64,000 nucleotides of DNA, from NCBI GenBank assembly GCA_013239625.1, contig MU054187.1:19814200-19878199 (forward strand), given 5' to 3'. The translations under genes were made by a program, and so were the position numbers. The notes under the pieces were generated by a model. That model worked only from the letters and a program-made list of their open reading frames with translations. It searched no databases and was not told where the DNA came from. Position 1 is the stretch's first letter; every line of letters begins with the position of its first letter. This document shows, piece by piece, positions 37,631 through 48,499 of this stretch. This DNA is from Lama guanicoe. Its lineage: Eukaryota.

Positions 37631-38811
37631 AAGTTTAATATTTGCTTACATTCTCTTCGTGTGGCCTTCAACATCTAGCCAGTTACTTGAAAGCCATAGT
37701 AACTTGAGGGTAAAAGTTTGGTCCCTCTATATAACAGAGTATTTTTTTATGCCTAGTCCACTCTGGGTTTTAAAAGTCTACATCTCCTTTTTCATCTCAG
37801 CATAGAAGCAGGTGAGAAAAATGACTATTTATATGAAGGAAAGGATAGGTACCTTGTTAACACTCTCCAAGAGGTATTTCTCTCACCTCATACATTTCCT
37901 GAAGAAAAATTGTGTTAATTTCAAAATATTTGTGAAAGTTGTGAAATGACCCAAATTTAAGAAATTCACTGTGACTCATTAGATAGAATGTGAGAAGCTA
38001 GAAAATTAGTTAAATATACTCAGTTTGGTAAATGGTCTGTCATAGGATTTGATTTAAAAAAATCCTTTTAAGCAGGATGTAGATATTTGTAGGCTTGGCA
38101 AGGTGTCAAAACGTATGAAATATTTGGAGGTCTCAATTCAGCAGCAGTCTCAAAATAGATTCTCTTTAATGAAAGTTAAAAGTTAAAAGGCAAAATTGAA
38201 ATACAGCGTGCTTTAATGTCTCACAGAGTTGCCAGATTGCCAGATGATACTTAATTGGAAGCTCAGAAAATAATGATGAGGAACCTAATCAGGAAAAATC
38301 TGTTTGGTCTAAATCTCTGGAGAAGGAGGCTGCACAGACAGTAAACAGTAAACTGGAGACATTTAAAAATTAGTCAGATGGTGGAAAACAAAACAAAACC
38401 AGTCCCTCCCAACATAATCAGACGTAAAAACAACAACAAAAAATAGAAAACAGCTGTTTAACTTAATATATCTCCACATCATGTTTTAGAAAGAAAGTTA
38501 GACTTTACTGAGCTAATAAGTTGTGAAGAATGAAAAGTAGCTCAGAGTATGTCTGTACAATAGGATCTCTCTGAAATCAGCAGTGGCTGCTGGAAGTCTT
38601 TAATCAATGTTTATAATACATTTGCTCTATTTAAGAATTAGAACTTGAAATGTGTGAGTCCAATTTTGTCAGAACTTGAGGGAGAGGAAAAGTGTGGTCA
38701 GTAAACTAGAACTGTTGTTCTGGAAATTCAGAGTTCCATTGCTTTTCTTGTAACAACTGTCTTAACCCCTAGGTATATCTTACTGGAAGCACAGAGAACT
38801 TCCAGGGGTCC

Positions 38812-38880
38812 TTTAGCACTGTTCTATTTTTTTTGAACATTTTTTTTATTGAGTTATAGTCATTTAGCACTGTTCTATTT
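38812..38880 (-). mobile_element. Ultra-short young L1 3'-terminal insertion (~33 nt) with a perfect 18-bp TSD
   Basis: TTTAGCACTGTTCTATTT at 38812-38829 and 38863-38880 flanks a T-rich tail plus TTATTGAGTTATAGTCA, identical to the L1 terminus at positions 23-39. Confidence 0.88.
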
Positions 38881-39069
38881 AATACAAGTGGATATTTAAA
38901 TTCAAATTTCAATTAATTAAGTTCAAATAAAATTAGAAAATTCCTAAGTTGCATTAGCCACATTTTAGTTGCTCAGTAACCACTTATGGCTAGTGGCTAC
39001 CATGTTGGGTGGAACAGACATGGATTCTGAACATTCCCATCATCCCAAAAGTTCTATTGCAGAGCACTG
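38865..39069. mobile_element. hAT-Charlie MITE (MER3-like)
   Basis: TAGCCACATTTT...ATGGCTAGTGGCTACCATGTTGG...GAACATTCCCATCATCCCAAAAGTTCTATTGCAGAGCACTG. Confidence 0.8.
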
Positions 39070-40467
39070 CTTTTAAGCATTTATACTTGGCCATCTCAGT
39101 ACTGTTTTCAGTCTCCATGCTCATATTCAATCTATCTGAAGCCCAGAGGTTTTATTAGTTTTCTATGTGGACATATTCTAATGGAAATATCCTTCACTAT
39201 TCACTTCTTAAAACTCAATTTCCTAATCTTTGGAGAATAAGACTACTTACAGGGGTTTTGTTAAGGTATCTGAAGTAATGTAAGAAAATTGTCTGACACA
39301 TAGTAGGTTCTCAGTAAACACTAATTTGCATTCTCTATAATGTAGAAATTTTTCGATGATAATAGATCATTATTCTTGGAAAATCAGGAGACTATAGGAG
39401 AAAAATAGATATACCATGAATTTAGAGAAAGCTTGTTCTGACCTCTATATTACTCTCCCCCACTATTATTTTGTCTTTTTAATTTTTTTTCCTGCCTTGC
39501 CATTAGTACTTCTTAGGGATTGTATTCAAATCCCCAGTCACTGTGTCCTTCTAAGTTCATGGTTTCTGTCCTTGTCCATTTACCATCATAATTAGGCAGA
39601 GGAGTAACAAGCAATATCTAAGTGGCTCACCTGTGTGCCAGACATATTTCTCTCTGCCTCCATTATGTAATAGTACCTCTTCTTTACCTCTTCTAATGAT
39701 CAGGTTCGATTACCTCTGCCACGCTTGAGGACTTCTTGCCTGCTAGTCCTTTGTCATGTGAAGCCCAACGTGCTCAGTCCAAAGTCACAGCTTAAAGTTC
39801 GGTGGGATTTGTGCTGTGTTCCCTGTTTCCCCTTCCTCTTTTGGGAATCAGGACTTCCCAGAGCCCAGAACTGTGAGGCAGGAAGCAAACGTTCTCCAAG
39901 TAGTTCCCTGGGAGTGATACGAGTGAGACTTTCTCATATCTCACCCCTTGGTCCTCAGATTCATGTATTTGTTTCTTGGGGACACGAAGTCATTATATGT
40001 ATATAGATGTGACTGTGTATGTCTATGTGCACCTTGTGTTCTAGAGAAGGGTGCTTCATTCTTTTGGATATTTTCTCTGGGTTGATTTCTTAGTTATACC
40101 TTTAGCAAGCTTTTCTTTGCTCTGTCAGGCTGGCAGGTTCTGGGTAGCACAGTGTGTGAGAAGACCATCTTTCAGAATAAGGCTTTTGCTCTCAGATTCT
40201 GGCATCCTGCTCTCCCTTCCCAAATTCTATGGCAGACCGTCCTCAGATCAAGGTCCTGTCACTACTCAGAAAACCAGGTAGGAACCCTTGCCCAGAACAA
40301 GCCTTCTTTGTGGGCGTGGATGCTGATTCCTGTGTTCTTTCCTCCGATACCAGTGGAGGTCAAGACTCTTGGTCAAGGCTTACCAATTTTTCTGTGTTCT
40401 TGACTCCATCTTGGCCTCTCTCTTCTAGGACCTTAACCCATTTATTTTTCCCTCCCTCCTGTATTTT

Positions 40468-40586
40468 GGGGGTAGGTAATTAGTTTTATTTATTTATTTA
40501 TTTATTTTAATGAAGGTACTGGGGATTGAAACCATGACCTCGTGCATGTTAAGCATGCACCCCACCGCTGAGCTATACCCTCCCCC
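40468..40586 (-). mobile_element. Camelid tRNA-derived SINE (Vic-1-like) with a 12-bp TSD
   Basis: Minus strand reads GGGGGAGGGTATAGCTCAGCGGTGGGGTGCATGCTTAACATGCACGAGGTCATGGTTTCAATCCCCAGTACC, then (AAAT)n and AATTACCTACCCCC. CTCCTGTATTTT is repeated at 40456-40467 and 40591-40602. Confidence 0.9.
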
Positions 40587-40651
40587 TTCTCTCCTGTATT
40601 TTTAAATTCTTCTCTTCAGCTTTTAAGAATTCAAGTCTCATATACTAAAGA

Positions 40652-41158
40652 TGTAATAGGGAAGAACAAATCTGACTCCATATTAGATCTGCTCATTTAG
40701 CTCTAACCCTGTGCTCTGTTTCCTGTGCTTAGTCATAGTGGTTCTGCACCTTTTGTAAAAGAATGTTGTCTGTAGCCTAAAATAGACAGGAGAGCCCATT
40801 CTCAAGGGTATACTTTTCTGACCATTAAGGGTATACTTTTCCATTCACATAGAGATACAGAGTTGCAGAAAAGAGAATAACATTTGTGTTGTTGGAGGTT
40901 TACAGGAACATCATGACCTACATTGACAGCTGCAAGAACAAAGGATTCCGACACCAAGAAGTTTGCAACAACCAACCCATGCCCTCTCCTTTTTACTGTA
41001 AAAGGAGCCTGAATTCTGACTTGGGGAAGATGGTTCTCTAGGACATTGGTACCCCATCTTCTCGGTCTGCTGGCTTTCTGAATAAACTCGTTATTCCTTG
41101 CCCCATTACTTCGTCTCCTGATTTATTGGCCTGTTGTGCACCGAGCAGAACAGTAACA
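40652..41158 (+). mobile_element. ERV1 solo LTR (resembles cetartiodactyl MER41-like LTRs)
   Basis: TGTAATAGGGAAGAACAAATCTGACTCCAT...AATAAA (41081-41086)...CAGTAACA. Homologous over its length to 47612-48139 in reverse. Confidence 0.85.
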
Positions 41159-41409
41159 AATGTATACTCTCCTGACCCATATATAACTTTCCTTAGCTTC
41201 AATTTAATCAATCCTCTTCCTTTCATCCTTTAAAGGAGTAACTGTACTTGCAGTCAGCTCCTCCATCCCATTCTCTACCTGTTGGCATTTGGCTTTCAGC
41301 CACATACACCTACTGAGTGAGTGAAAGGTTTTTGTTTCTTCTAAATTGCCTAAGCCAATGTCTGTTCTCTTAGTTTTTATTTTGCTGGAACTCTCATTTG
41401 AAATCCTAG

Positions 41410-41601
41410 CACACATACATATATATATATATAAAGCTGTATATATATATATACACATATATACACCACACACACATTATATATATGAAGCTGTATATAT
41501 ATATATACACACACACATATATACACCACACACACATACATATGTACATATATATACACATACACACACATATATACATATACATATATATATATATATA
41601 T
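41410..41601. repeat. Compound (TA)n/(CA)n microsatellite with a duplicated ~55-bp higher-order unit
   Basis: AAGCTGTATATATATATATACAC...ATATACACCACACACACA occurs twice. Confidence 0.9.
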
Positions 41602-42349
41602 GGAGAAACTACTTAAGGCCAGGCAAAGAATAGCTAGGAAGCTGTAAGTTGAGAAGTTTCCCAAATTCACACATAGGGAACATTTGAATTTTGATCAGTT
41701 AGAATGAAGTCCTTCTTAAACACCTGGGCCTTCAGTAATGCAGCTAAATTATCAATATTTCTCAACTGGCATTCTATGGAAAATAATATGAATAACTGTT
41801 TTCTTGTTTCTTTCAAGGTTGATATAATACCATTCTAAATGCATTAGAGATAAGCTAATTCATTGTTTACAATGTTGCCTTAGATACTAGGTTTTAATTT
41901 TCATGTGGAACACCCATTGAGAAGGAGTATTTTATACCCATGCCACAGAGTTTAAAAGCAAACTTCAAAAGTTTCAAGTTAACTGCCTGTCAGACTAAAA
42001 TCTATTTCAATCTCCAACAAGATGAAACACACAGAATCTTTTTTTTTTTTGACTGTATATGTATTTTAGTTACTGTTCATGCAACTTTTTGGGTAGCCTT
42101 GAAATTTCTCAAAATATTGCATGCGAGAATTTTTTTTTTTTTTTTTTGCTTAGACACTCACCTGATTGGGCACTAGAAGAACAAAAAATTACGACTTATG
42201 AAGAAAGAAATTGTGACTATAGCTCGGGGAAAGACCAGTCTATAGCAACACACGTAAAAATGATGGAAATGATGAAATTAGCAAATGACATTAAATGTTT
42301 CTTCTGGATATTATAAATATACTTATGGATTTAAAAGAAAACATGAACA

Positions 42350-42692
42350 AAATGTTGCCTATATTCCCTGTGCTATGTATTACCTTCTTGTATTTTATTT
42401 ATTTTATACTTAGTAGTTTGTACCTCTTAATCCTCTTTTCCTATGCCTATCCCCCTCTCCTCCCCCCACTGGTAGCCACTACTATGTTCTCTGTATCTGT
42501 GAGTCTGTAACTATTTTGTTATATTCATTCATTTTAATGTTTAGATTTTACATGTAAGTAGAAACATGCACTATTTATCTTTCTCTGATATTTATAATCT
42601 GTAAAAATTTAGAATCACTATGTTGTATACCTGAAACTAATATATTATAAATTAACTATACTTCAAATTTTAAAAAATGATTAAACAAGTGA
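42350..42692 (+). mobile_element. 5'-inverted (twin-primed) L1 3' UTR insertion inside an ancient L1 ORF1-like relic (~42200-42960)
   Basis: 42350-42588 is L1 3' UTR in minus orientation and 42589-42692 is the L1 terminus in plus orientation. TSD AAAAGAAAACATGAACA (42333-42349) / AAAAGGAAACGTGAACA (42693-42709) at a TT/AAAA site. Confidence 0.8.
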
Positions 42693-43069
42693 AAAAGGAA
42701 ACGTGAACATAAGAAGATGCAAAATGAAATGGAACATTTAGAGATTAAAAAAAAACCCTGAAAAACATTCACTAGATGTGCTTAATAGCAGACGAGACTA
42801 CAGAAGAGATCAGTGAACTTGCATATGTAGATGTAGAAAGCATAGAAAGTAAAGCCTTGAGAGAGGTAACAACTAAAAATGTATAATCTCATCAACTCTT
42901 GGGCTAATACCAAGCAGTCTATCAAATGTGTAATTGGAGACCTAGGAGAAGGGAAGAACAAAATAAAAATGGTTTAAAGTGCAAGGCAGTTCACATGTCT
43001 CACTGAACATTTAATGATGTATCTTTTGCCTGTCTTCAAGTTTCAAATCTAAACCAACTCCTGACATTT

Positions 43070-43475
43070 GGTTTTCTTTTCAGTTCACTGAATGACTCAC
43101 AGATTATCACACATACCATGCTGTTTCTTATCTCTATATCTTTGTTCTTTCTTGTTTCTCTGCCTTGGGTTCTCTTAACTCCTACTCTTGAGCAGCCTAA
43201 CTCATACTTCTATTTAAAGTCTCCACCCATGAGTCATCTCCAAGAAGCCTTTCTTTCCTCTATCCCTTCATTTTGCACCCAACCAGATTTAGTTGTACTC
43301 TTTGGTGCTTCCAGAATACCTTTGTGTATCTGTACTGCTGTAATAAGCCTTTATATTGCAGAGATCTGTTTTTGTGTGTTTCTTCCACTGGAAGGAGTAT
43401 ATCTAACTCATATTTCTATCTCCAGCACTTAGTAGAAGGATTGGCACAATATCAGTTGAAGAATGAATTAAGTGA
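43070..43475 (+). mobile_element. LINE-2 3' end
   Basis: CTAACTCATACTTC...GTCATCTCCAAGAAGCCTTT...TATCTCCAGCACTTAG...GTTGAAGAATGAAT. Confidence 0.7.
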
Positions 43476-43834
43476 TGACTTCATTGATCTGACTTTGGGT
43501 CTGAATTTGATATTTTCATACACATATCATTAAGAATAATAAGGATCTAGTTTTCTTTAGATCTCATTTGGTATGGCTTACTTTTTTTTATTTAAAAGTC
43601 AAAATATATTATCTTATAGTTAATGACTCTAAGTTTAAAGTCTAAATATAATATGTTGGTAACTTATATATATGTATATATATATACACATAAACTTTTA
43701 TATAGATGTAATGTCTATTTTTCACTTCTTCATAGAGCTTCAGTGAATAAATCTAAAATTTCAGATGAAGAATTATGGAATTTATAATTTTGATACTTTC
43801 AAATTTTAATATGTTCAAAGAGCTTTTGTGAGGC

Positions 43835-43940
43835 TTAAATGCAGTTTACCTTGCCTCGCTTTCAGAGATTCTGATTCAGTAAATCTGGAAAATAGTGTAG
43901 AAATAGGCACTTAAAAAAAAACTCCCTAGAAGAGTCTGTT
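43835..43940. mobile_element. MER5-like hAT-Charlie fragment
   Basis: CAGAGATTCTGATTCAGTAAATCTGG motif. Confidence 0.5.
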
Positions 43941-45619
43941 GTAAATGAGAGATAATGTATCTGGAGAGAAACAAACATTTATGTTCCATGGCTAGAGAAA
44001 GGTAATTTAACAGTGGATTCTACATTTACACTTTGAATAGATAAAGAAAACATGAGGCTTAGAACATTTAGAAAAACCTCTTCTGAAATAAAGAATCCAC
44101 ATCAACTCTGTTAATTGTAAAGTTTTGAATAACCTTTGGAGTTGAGCAGCTAATGGGGACTAAATATGATGAACATTTTTATAGAGACAGGAAGAAAACA
44201 GTAATGCAAGGAGGAGAATACTCTTTATTCTATTTTAAAATCTGTGCTCTAAAGAAGAAAACACTGCTTTAACAACTTTGATTTAGAGCACTTGATTCCA
44301 GGAGGAACAAACTGCCACTGGAAACTTCGGGATATAAGGCTGGAGGGAAACTGCTGTAATCTGGGCTTATTGGTCATTATAGTTCAGAACAAGATTTCCT
44401 ACCTTATTGCACCATCTTGAATATTGTATTAAGTCAGTTACTTGAGGGTATTTTAGAGAACAAGTTAATGGGCAGCACTGTCATATTATATTACATGTAG
44501 TGATCACACTGTGCAGAATCACCATATTGAAGAGAAACTTTTGGAAAACCTGAGCCAACTCAGAGAATAAGGCAGTTAAAGAGTTATTTTTACATTTGAA
44601 GGTGACAAGCCATGAAATATCCTACTGACATAGAATATTACATTTGGTCTGTGTAACTCGGGCAAAGAACTTATGATGAAATCTCAAAAGTGAGCTGTTT
44701 TGGATAGAATTTTGAATTTAACTCTTTTCTTTTGACTACATTAAGTTTTTTACATCATAATTCACATTGTATGTTCACAAGATCTCTTAGAAATCTCTCT
44801 ATCTACTTATCTTTCCACTTATCCATTAATTTAATATTTAAATGTATTTGCAACAGTAGAAATTCTCAAAGAAGATGGTATTTTAGTTCCAAATGGTCTT
44901 GAAGATCTCTATCCCAGTGTAGCTCCAGAGTTGTACAATCTTGAGTCTTCACCATCAGGTTTATTCTACTCTTTGTTCTCCAGGAAGCTAGATGATTCCT
45001 TCCTCTGGACAAGACTACTGAGGATCTCAGTGGTATCTGGTTCAAGTTTAGCAAATAGGGAAAGTAAACCTGCAACCATAACACTTACAAAAATGAGAAA
45101 AACAAATGTCAGGTTGAACACAGAAATGGATATTAATGACCCATTAAAACCAATATAATACTTAACCTCATGACTTTATCACCTCCAATTTTTGTACAGA
45201 TATTTTTAAATAAGATTAGATCCTTCAGGTTTTAATATTCCTTCTCTTTTTCTTTCATAATACTTTATTCATGCACAGAAATAAATTTAAATTGTTTTAT
45301 TAAAATATATTCATTAAATTAAAATCGCTTACAAATAAACTCTTAAAATATGTTCACCCTTAGCTTTGCCTTTCTCATATTTTGTTAATTGTGATTTATG
45401 CCCAACTGTCTCCTGCATCAGTCTTGAGTTTTGGGGGATATTTCCAAAAGTTAAGGTACCTTTAAATTCCATTTAGTACTAGTTCAACAGATTGTTAATC
45501 CCTCTTTTTCTTATTTTTCTTTATAAAACCATCAGTTCCCCCTTTTCATTGATACCTAACATGTATCTAGAAAAATCTGTTGCTCACTCTCACTTTTTAT
45601 GTGTGAATCTTTGTCTTGA

Positions 45620-45885
45620 GCCACGTAACAGACTGCTTAATCGTGTCAGATTTGGAATGACACCGTCTGGGTTTAAACGCCTATCCTACCACTTGCTAGG
45701 TACAGGCGAGTTAAATATCCATTCTAAGTCTCTGTTTCCTCATCTACAAAGTGAGGATTATAACAGCTCATATTGTGTAAGATTTTTTGAGATTTAAACA
45801 AGGTAATATACGTAAGTATAAATACAGGTAAAATATCTGCACATAGTAAGTGCTCAGTACCTGTCACTCATTGTTGCTGTTGTTA
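45620..45885 (+). mobile_element. MIR SINE
   Basis: CTGGGTTTAAACGCC...TCTAAGTCTCTGTTTCCTCATCTACAAAGTGAGGAT...GCACATAGTAAGTGCTCAGTA. Confidence 0.8.
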
Positions 45886-47611
45886 TGTTACTGCCGGTGT
45901 TGTTCAGGCTTTCTGGGATTTCTGCATTCTATTGTTGGAGCTTTGTGCCATACCGATCTTGGTTTAAGAGAAGTAACACACCTATCTGTTTGGATTACCA
46001 GGCACTAGCACTCTTCTTTAATACAATGCTCCCATTGACTACAATGATCTCCTACCACTGCCTCCTTCTAGTAATTTTAATAATGCCTGATTCCCTAAGA
46101 CTATGCAAAAGCATACCCATAAGCATTGCCTGTTCCGTTTCCCAGTTTTAGCATAAGCGATATAACTTATTTGGTCCTGCTATCCTGCAGTCACTAACAT
46201 AACAGAATCTACTTGAATGCATTTCAGAGCAGAAAGAGTCTACTTACTGTAAGATACTGAGTAGCCCCTAGGTGGCTGTGTGAGAAGAGATCCTTCCTGA
46301 AATCATGTTGCAGATATGGAGTACATACAGAAAATGTACTTAGTTTTTCAAGTTTGTGGTCAGAAATAGAGTGCATACTCTCAGGAAGCAGGTGGAAGTA
46401 AGTGTGCACTGACAGGCACCTGGTGAGTCAAGGGATATATTCACAGGTGAGTCCAGTCCACCTGAAGAAGCATGGAAGCTGAGAAAACTGCAAATGGTGT
46501 TTTCAAGATTTAAGCTCATTGAATAATTTAAAATTGTGAACTTTTAAATTACATCTTCCTCATGTAGTCTGAAGTCTGAGATTTCTAAAACTGTTAAAAT
46601 AGTTTGGGCTTTTAGGTGACATAAAGTAAGGGACTGCAAGTACAGAGGGAGGCCTCCGGATCCTAAGATCTTACCTTTGAAGGGAAAATTTCTCTATTAT
46701 CTTCATTGGTGACAGCCAAACTTTAATGCCAGCATTGTGAGTGGCTCAGAAATCTGTTGGAGACTGTTCTGGCCAATGTTTTTCATTATTTATATTTCTC
46801 ATTATTGGAATATAGTTACACATTCCAGTGCTTTTAAGAATTTTATTGAAGTACTTGATTTACTGATGACCTGGACCTTTTCAGCAGTGACTTAAACACC
46901 GTAGCCACTCAGCAGTACTTTGATTCTTTGCATTTCTTTTAGCTTATACAAGAGTATTACCTGAAGAAGCTTTAGACTTAAAATTATTCTTGCTGTATCC
47001 ATTTTTATTTTAGTACTAATGAAATTGTATATAGAATAATTTATATGAATTATAGCCATTGTCTACCTTTTTAAGAAATCTGCTCTATTCTTGGCTTTAA
47101 TAGGCTTTTTTGCCCATGTCAATGGCAGTATATTCAGAGTATTCATTTGTTAGTCAAGGTTATATGCTATTATCTGTGAAATACTCTTTCTCTTTGTTTT
47201 CTATTTTATTTAAAATTATTTGTTTTTCTCAAAACAGAATGGGTATGCTAACAATTCAAATAGTACAGAAAGGCTTATAATGAAAAGCTCCATCCTTTGT
47301 ACTCTCTTGTCAGAAACAATCATTTTCAACTGTTATTGTTAGATCTTTTGTTGGATAATCCCATGAATCTAAATAATCTATTTCTTGAAGTGCTAACATT
47401 GGAAATATCAATTTTATTGCCTCTATTATGAAAGAGAAGTATTTAATTCGTATTATCCAGTCCCTTCCTGCTCTCTCAATTATTGTTATTGGTATTATTA
47501 ATTATCTTTTATTAGTTCCTTTTATAAATTTAAGCATTATATATAAACTTACATTTATTATTCCATCATATGCAGACAGTTAACTCTTCATTTTTCCTTA
47601 ATGAAAGACAT

Positions 47612-48139
47612 TGTTACTGAGTCCAAACTCGTTTTGCTTGCCACACGACAGGCCAGGCCAATAAATGGAAAGATGCGGTACTGGGGCAAGGAATAATGAC
47701 TTTACTCAGAAAGTCGGCAGACCCAGAAGACGGAAGACTAATGTCCTGGAGAACCATCTTCCCCAAGTCAGAATTCAGGCTCCTTTCATACTAAAAAGGG
47801 GAGGGAGTGTCGTTCGTTGGTGCAAACTTCTTGGTGTCAGAATCCTTTGTTCTTGTAGCTGTCCGCATAGGTGAGATCATGGTGTCCCTGTAAAAACCTC
47901 CAACAAAACAAATGCTATTTTCTGTTCTGCAGCTTTTTATCTTTATATGAATGGGAAAGTGTTCTTACTCTTAAGGGTCAGAGCCTTGAGAATGGGCTCT
48001 CCTGTACATTTCAGACTCTAGGCAACAGTCTTTTACAACAGGTGCAGAACCAGCGTGACTAAGTGCTGGTAACAGAGCGCAGGGTTAGAGACAAAGGAAC
48101 AGGTCTAATATGGGGTCAGATTTGTTCTTCCCTATTGTA
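47612..48139 (-). mobile_element. ERV1 solo LTR, same family as 40652-41158
   Basis: Shared blocks in reverse complement include AGAACCATCTTCCCCAAGTCAGAATTCAGGCTCCTTT, GCAAACTTCTTGGTGTC and GTCAGATTTGTTCTTCCCTATT. 4-bp flanks ACAT / GCAT. Confidence 0.85.
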
Positions 48140-48499
48140 GCATGGTTTTTAGCACCCTTACCATTCCTTTTAGAATTTCGCCGTCTGTAATTTTACTTTC
48201 ACGTTACTAATATCGACAGTATTTATTTTTATTTGCTTCTGCAAGCATAATTGGGTCTTTCATTGTTAATCGGTAGGTTTACTCAAGATAAATACCCTAT
48301 CTTTATCTACATCCATATCCATATAAATATTTCATGTATTATCTGTATTTAAATAAATATCTCAGGCTTTTTTACACATCAATTCTAAATAAATTTTTTG
48401 ATTTTAATAGTTTTAGTTTCAGAATCAAGTGATGTGCTAAGATTCCCTTCCTAAAGTTCTACTGTTAAGGCTTCATTGTTAGAAAAAGAATATCACCAA

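Noticed and set aside
38230..38375. Protein-like plus-strand frame (ENNDEEPNQEKSVWSKSLEKEAAQT)
   Set aside because: Short, bounded by stops, no coherent splice sites and no recognised homologue.
41204..41670. Tyr/Ile/His/Thr-rich ORFs (also at 5088, 28552 and 57714)
   Set aside because: Translations of (TA)n/(CA)n microsatellites.
46831..46865. Possible third micro-L1 end (TTTTATTGAAGTACTTGATTTAC)
   Set aside because: It resembles an L1 terminus, but no TSD could be found and it is too short to support.
40652..48139. Full-length provirus bounded by two LTRs
   Set aside because: The LTRs are in opposite orientation, and the interval holds L2, L1, MIR and unique sequence with no retroviral genes.
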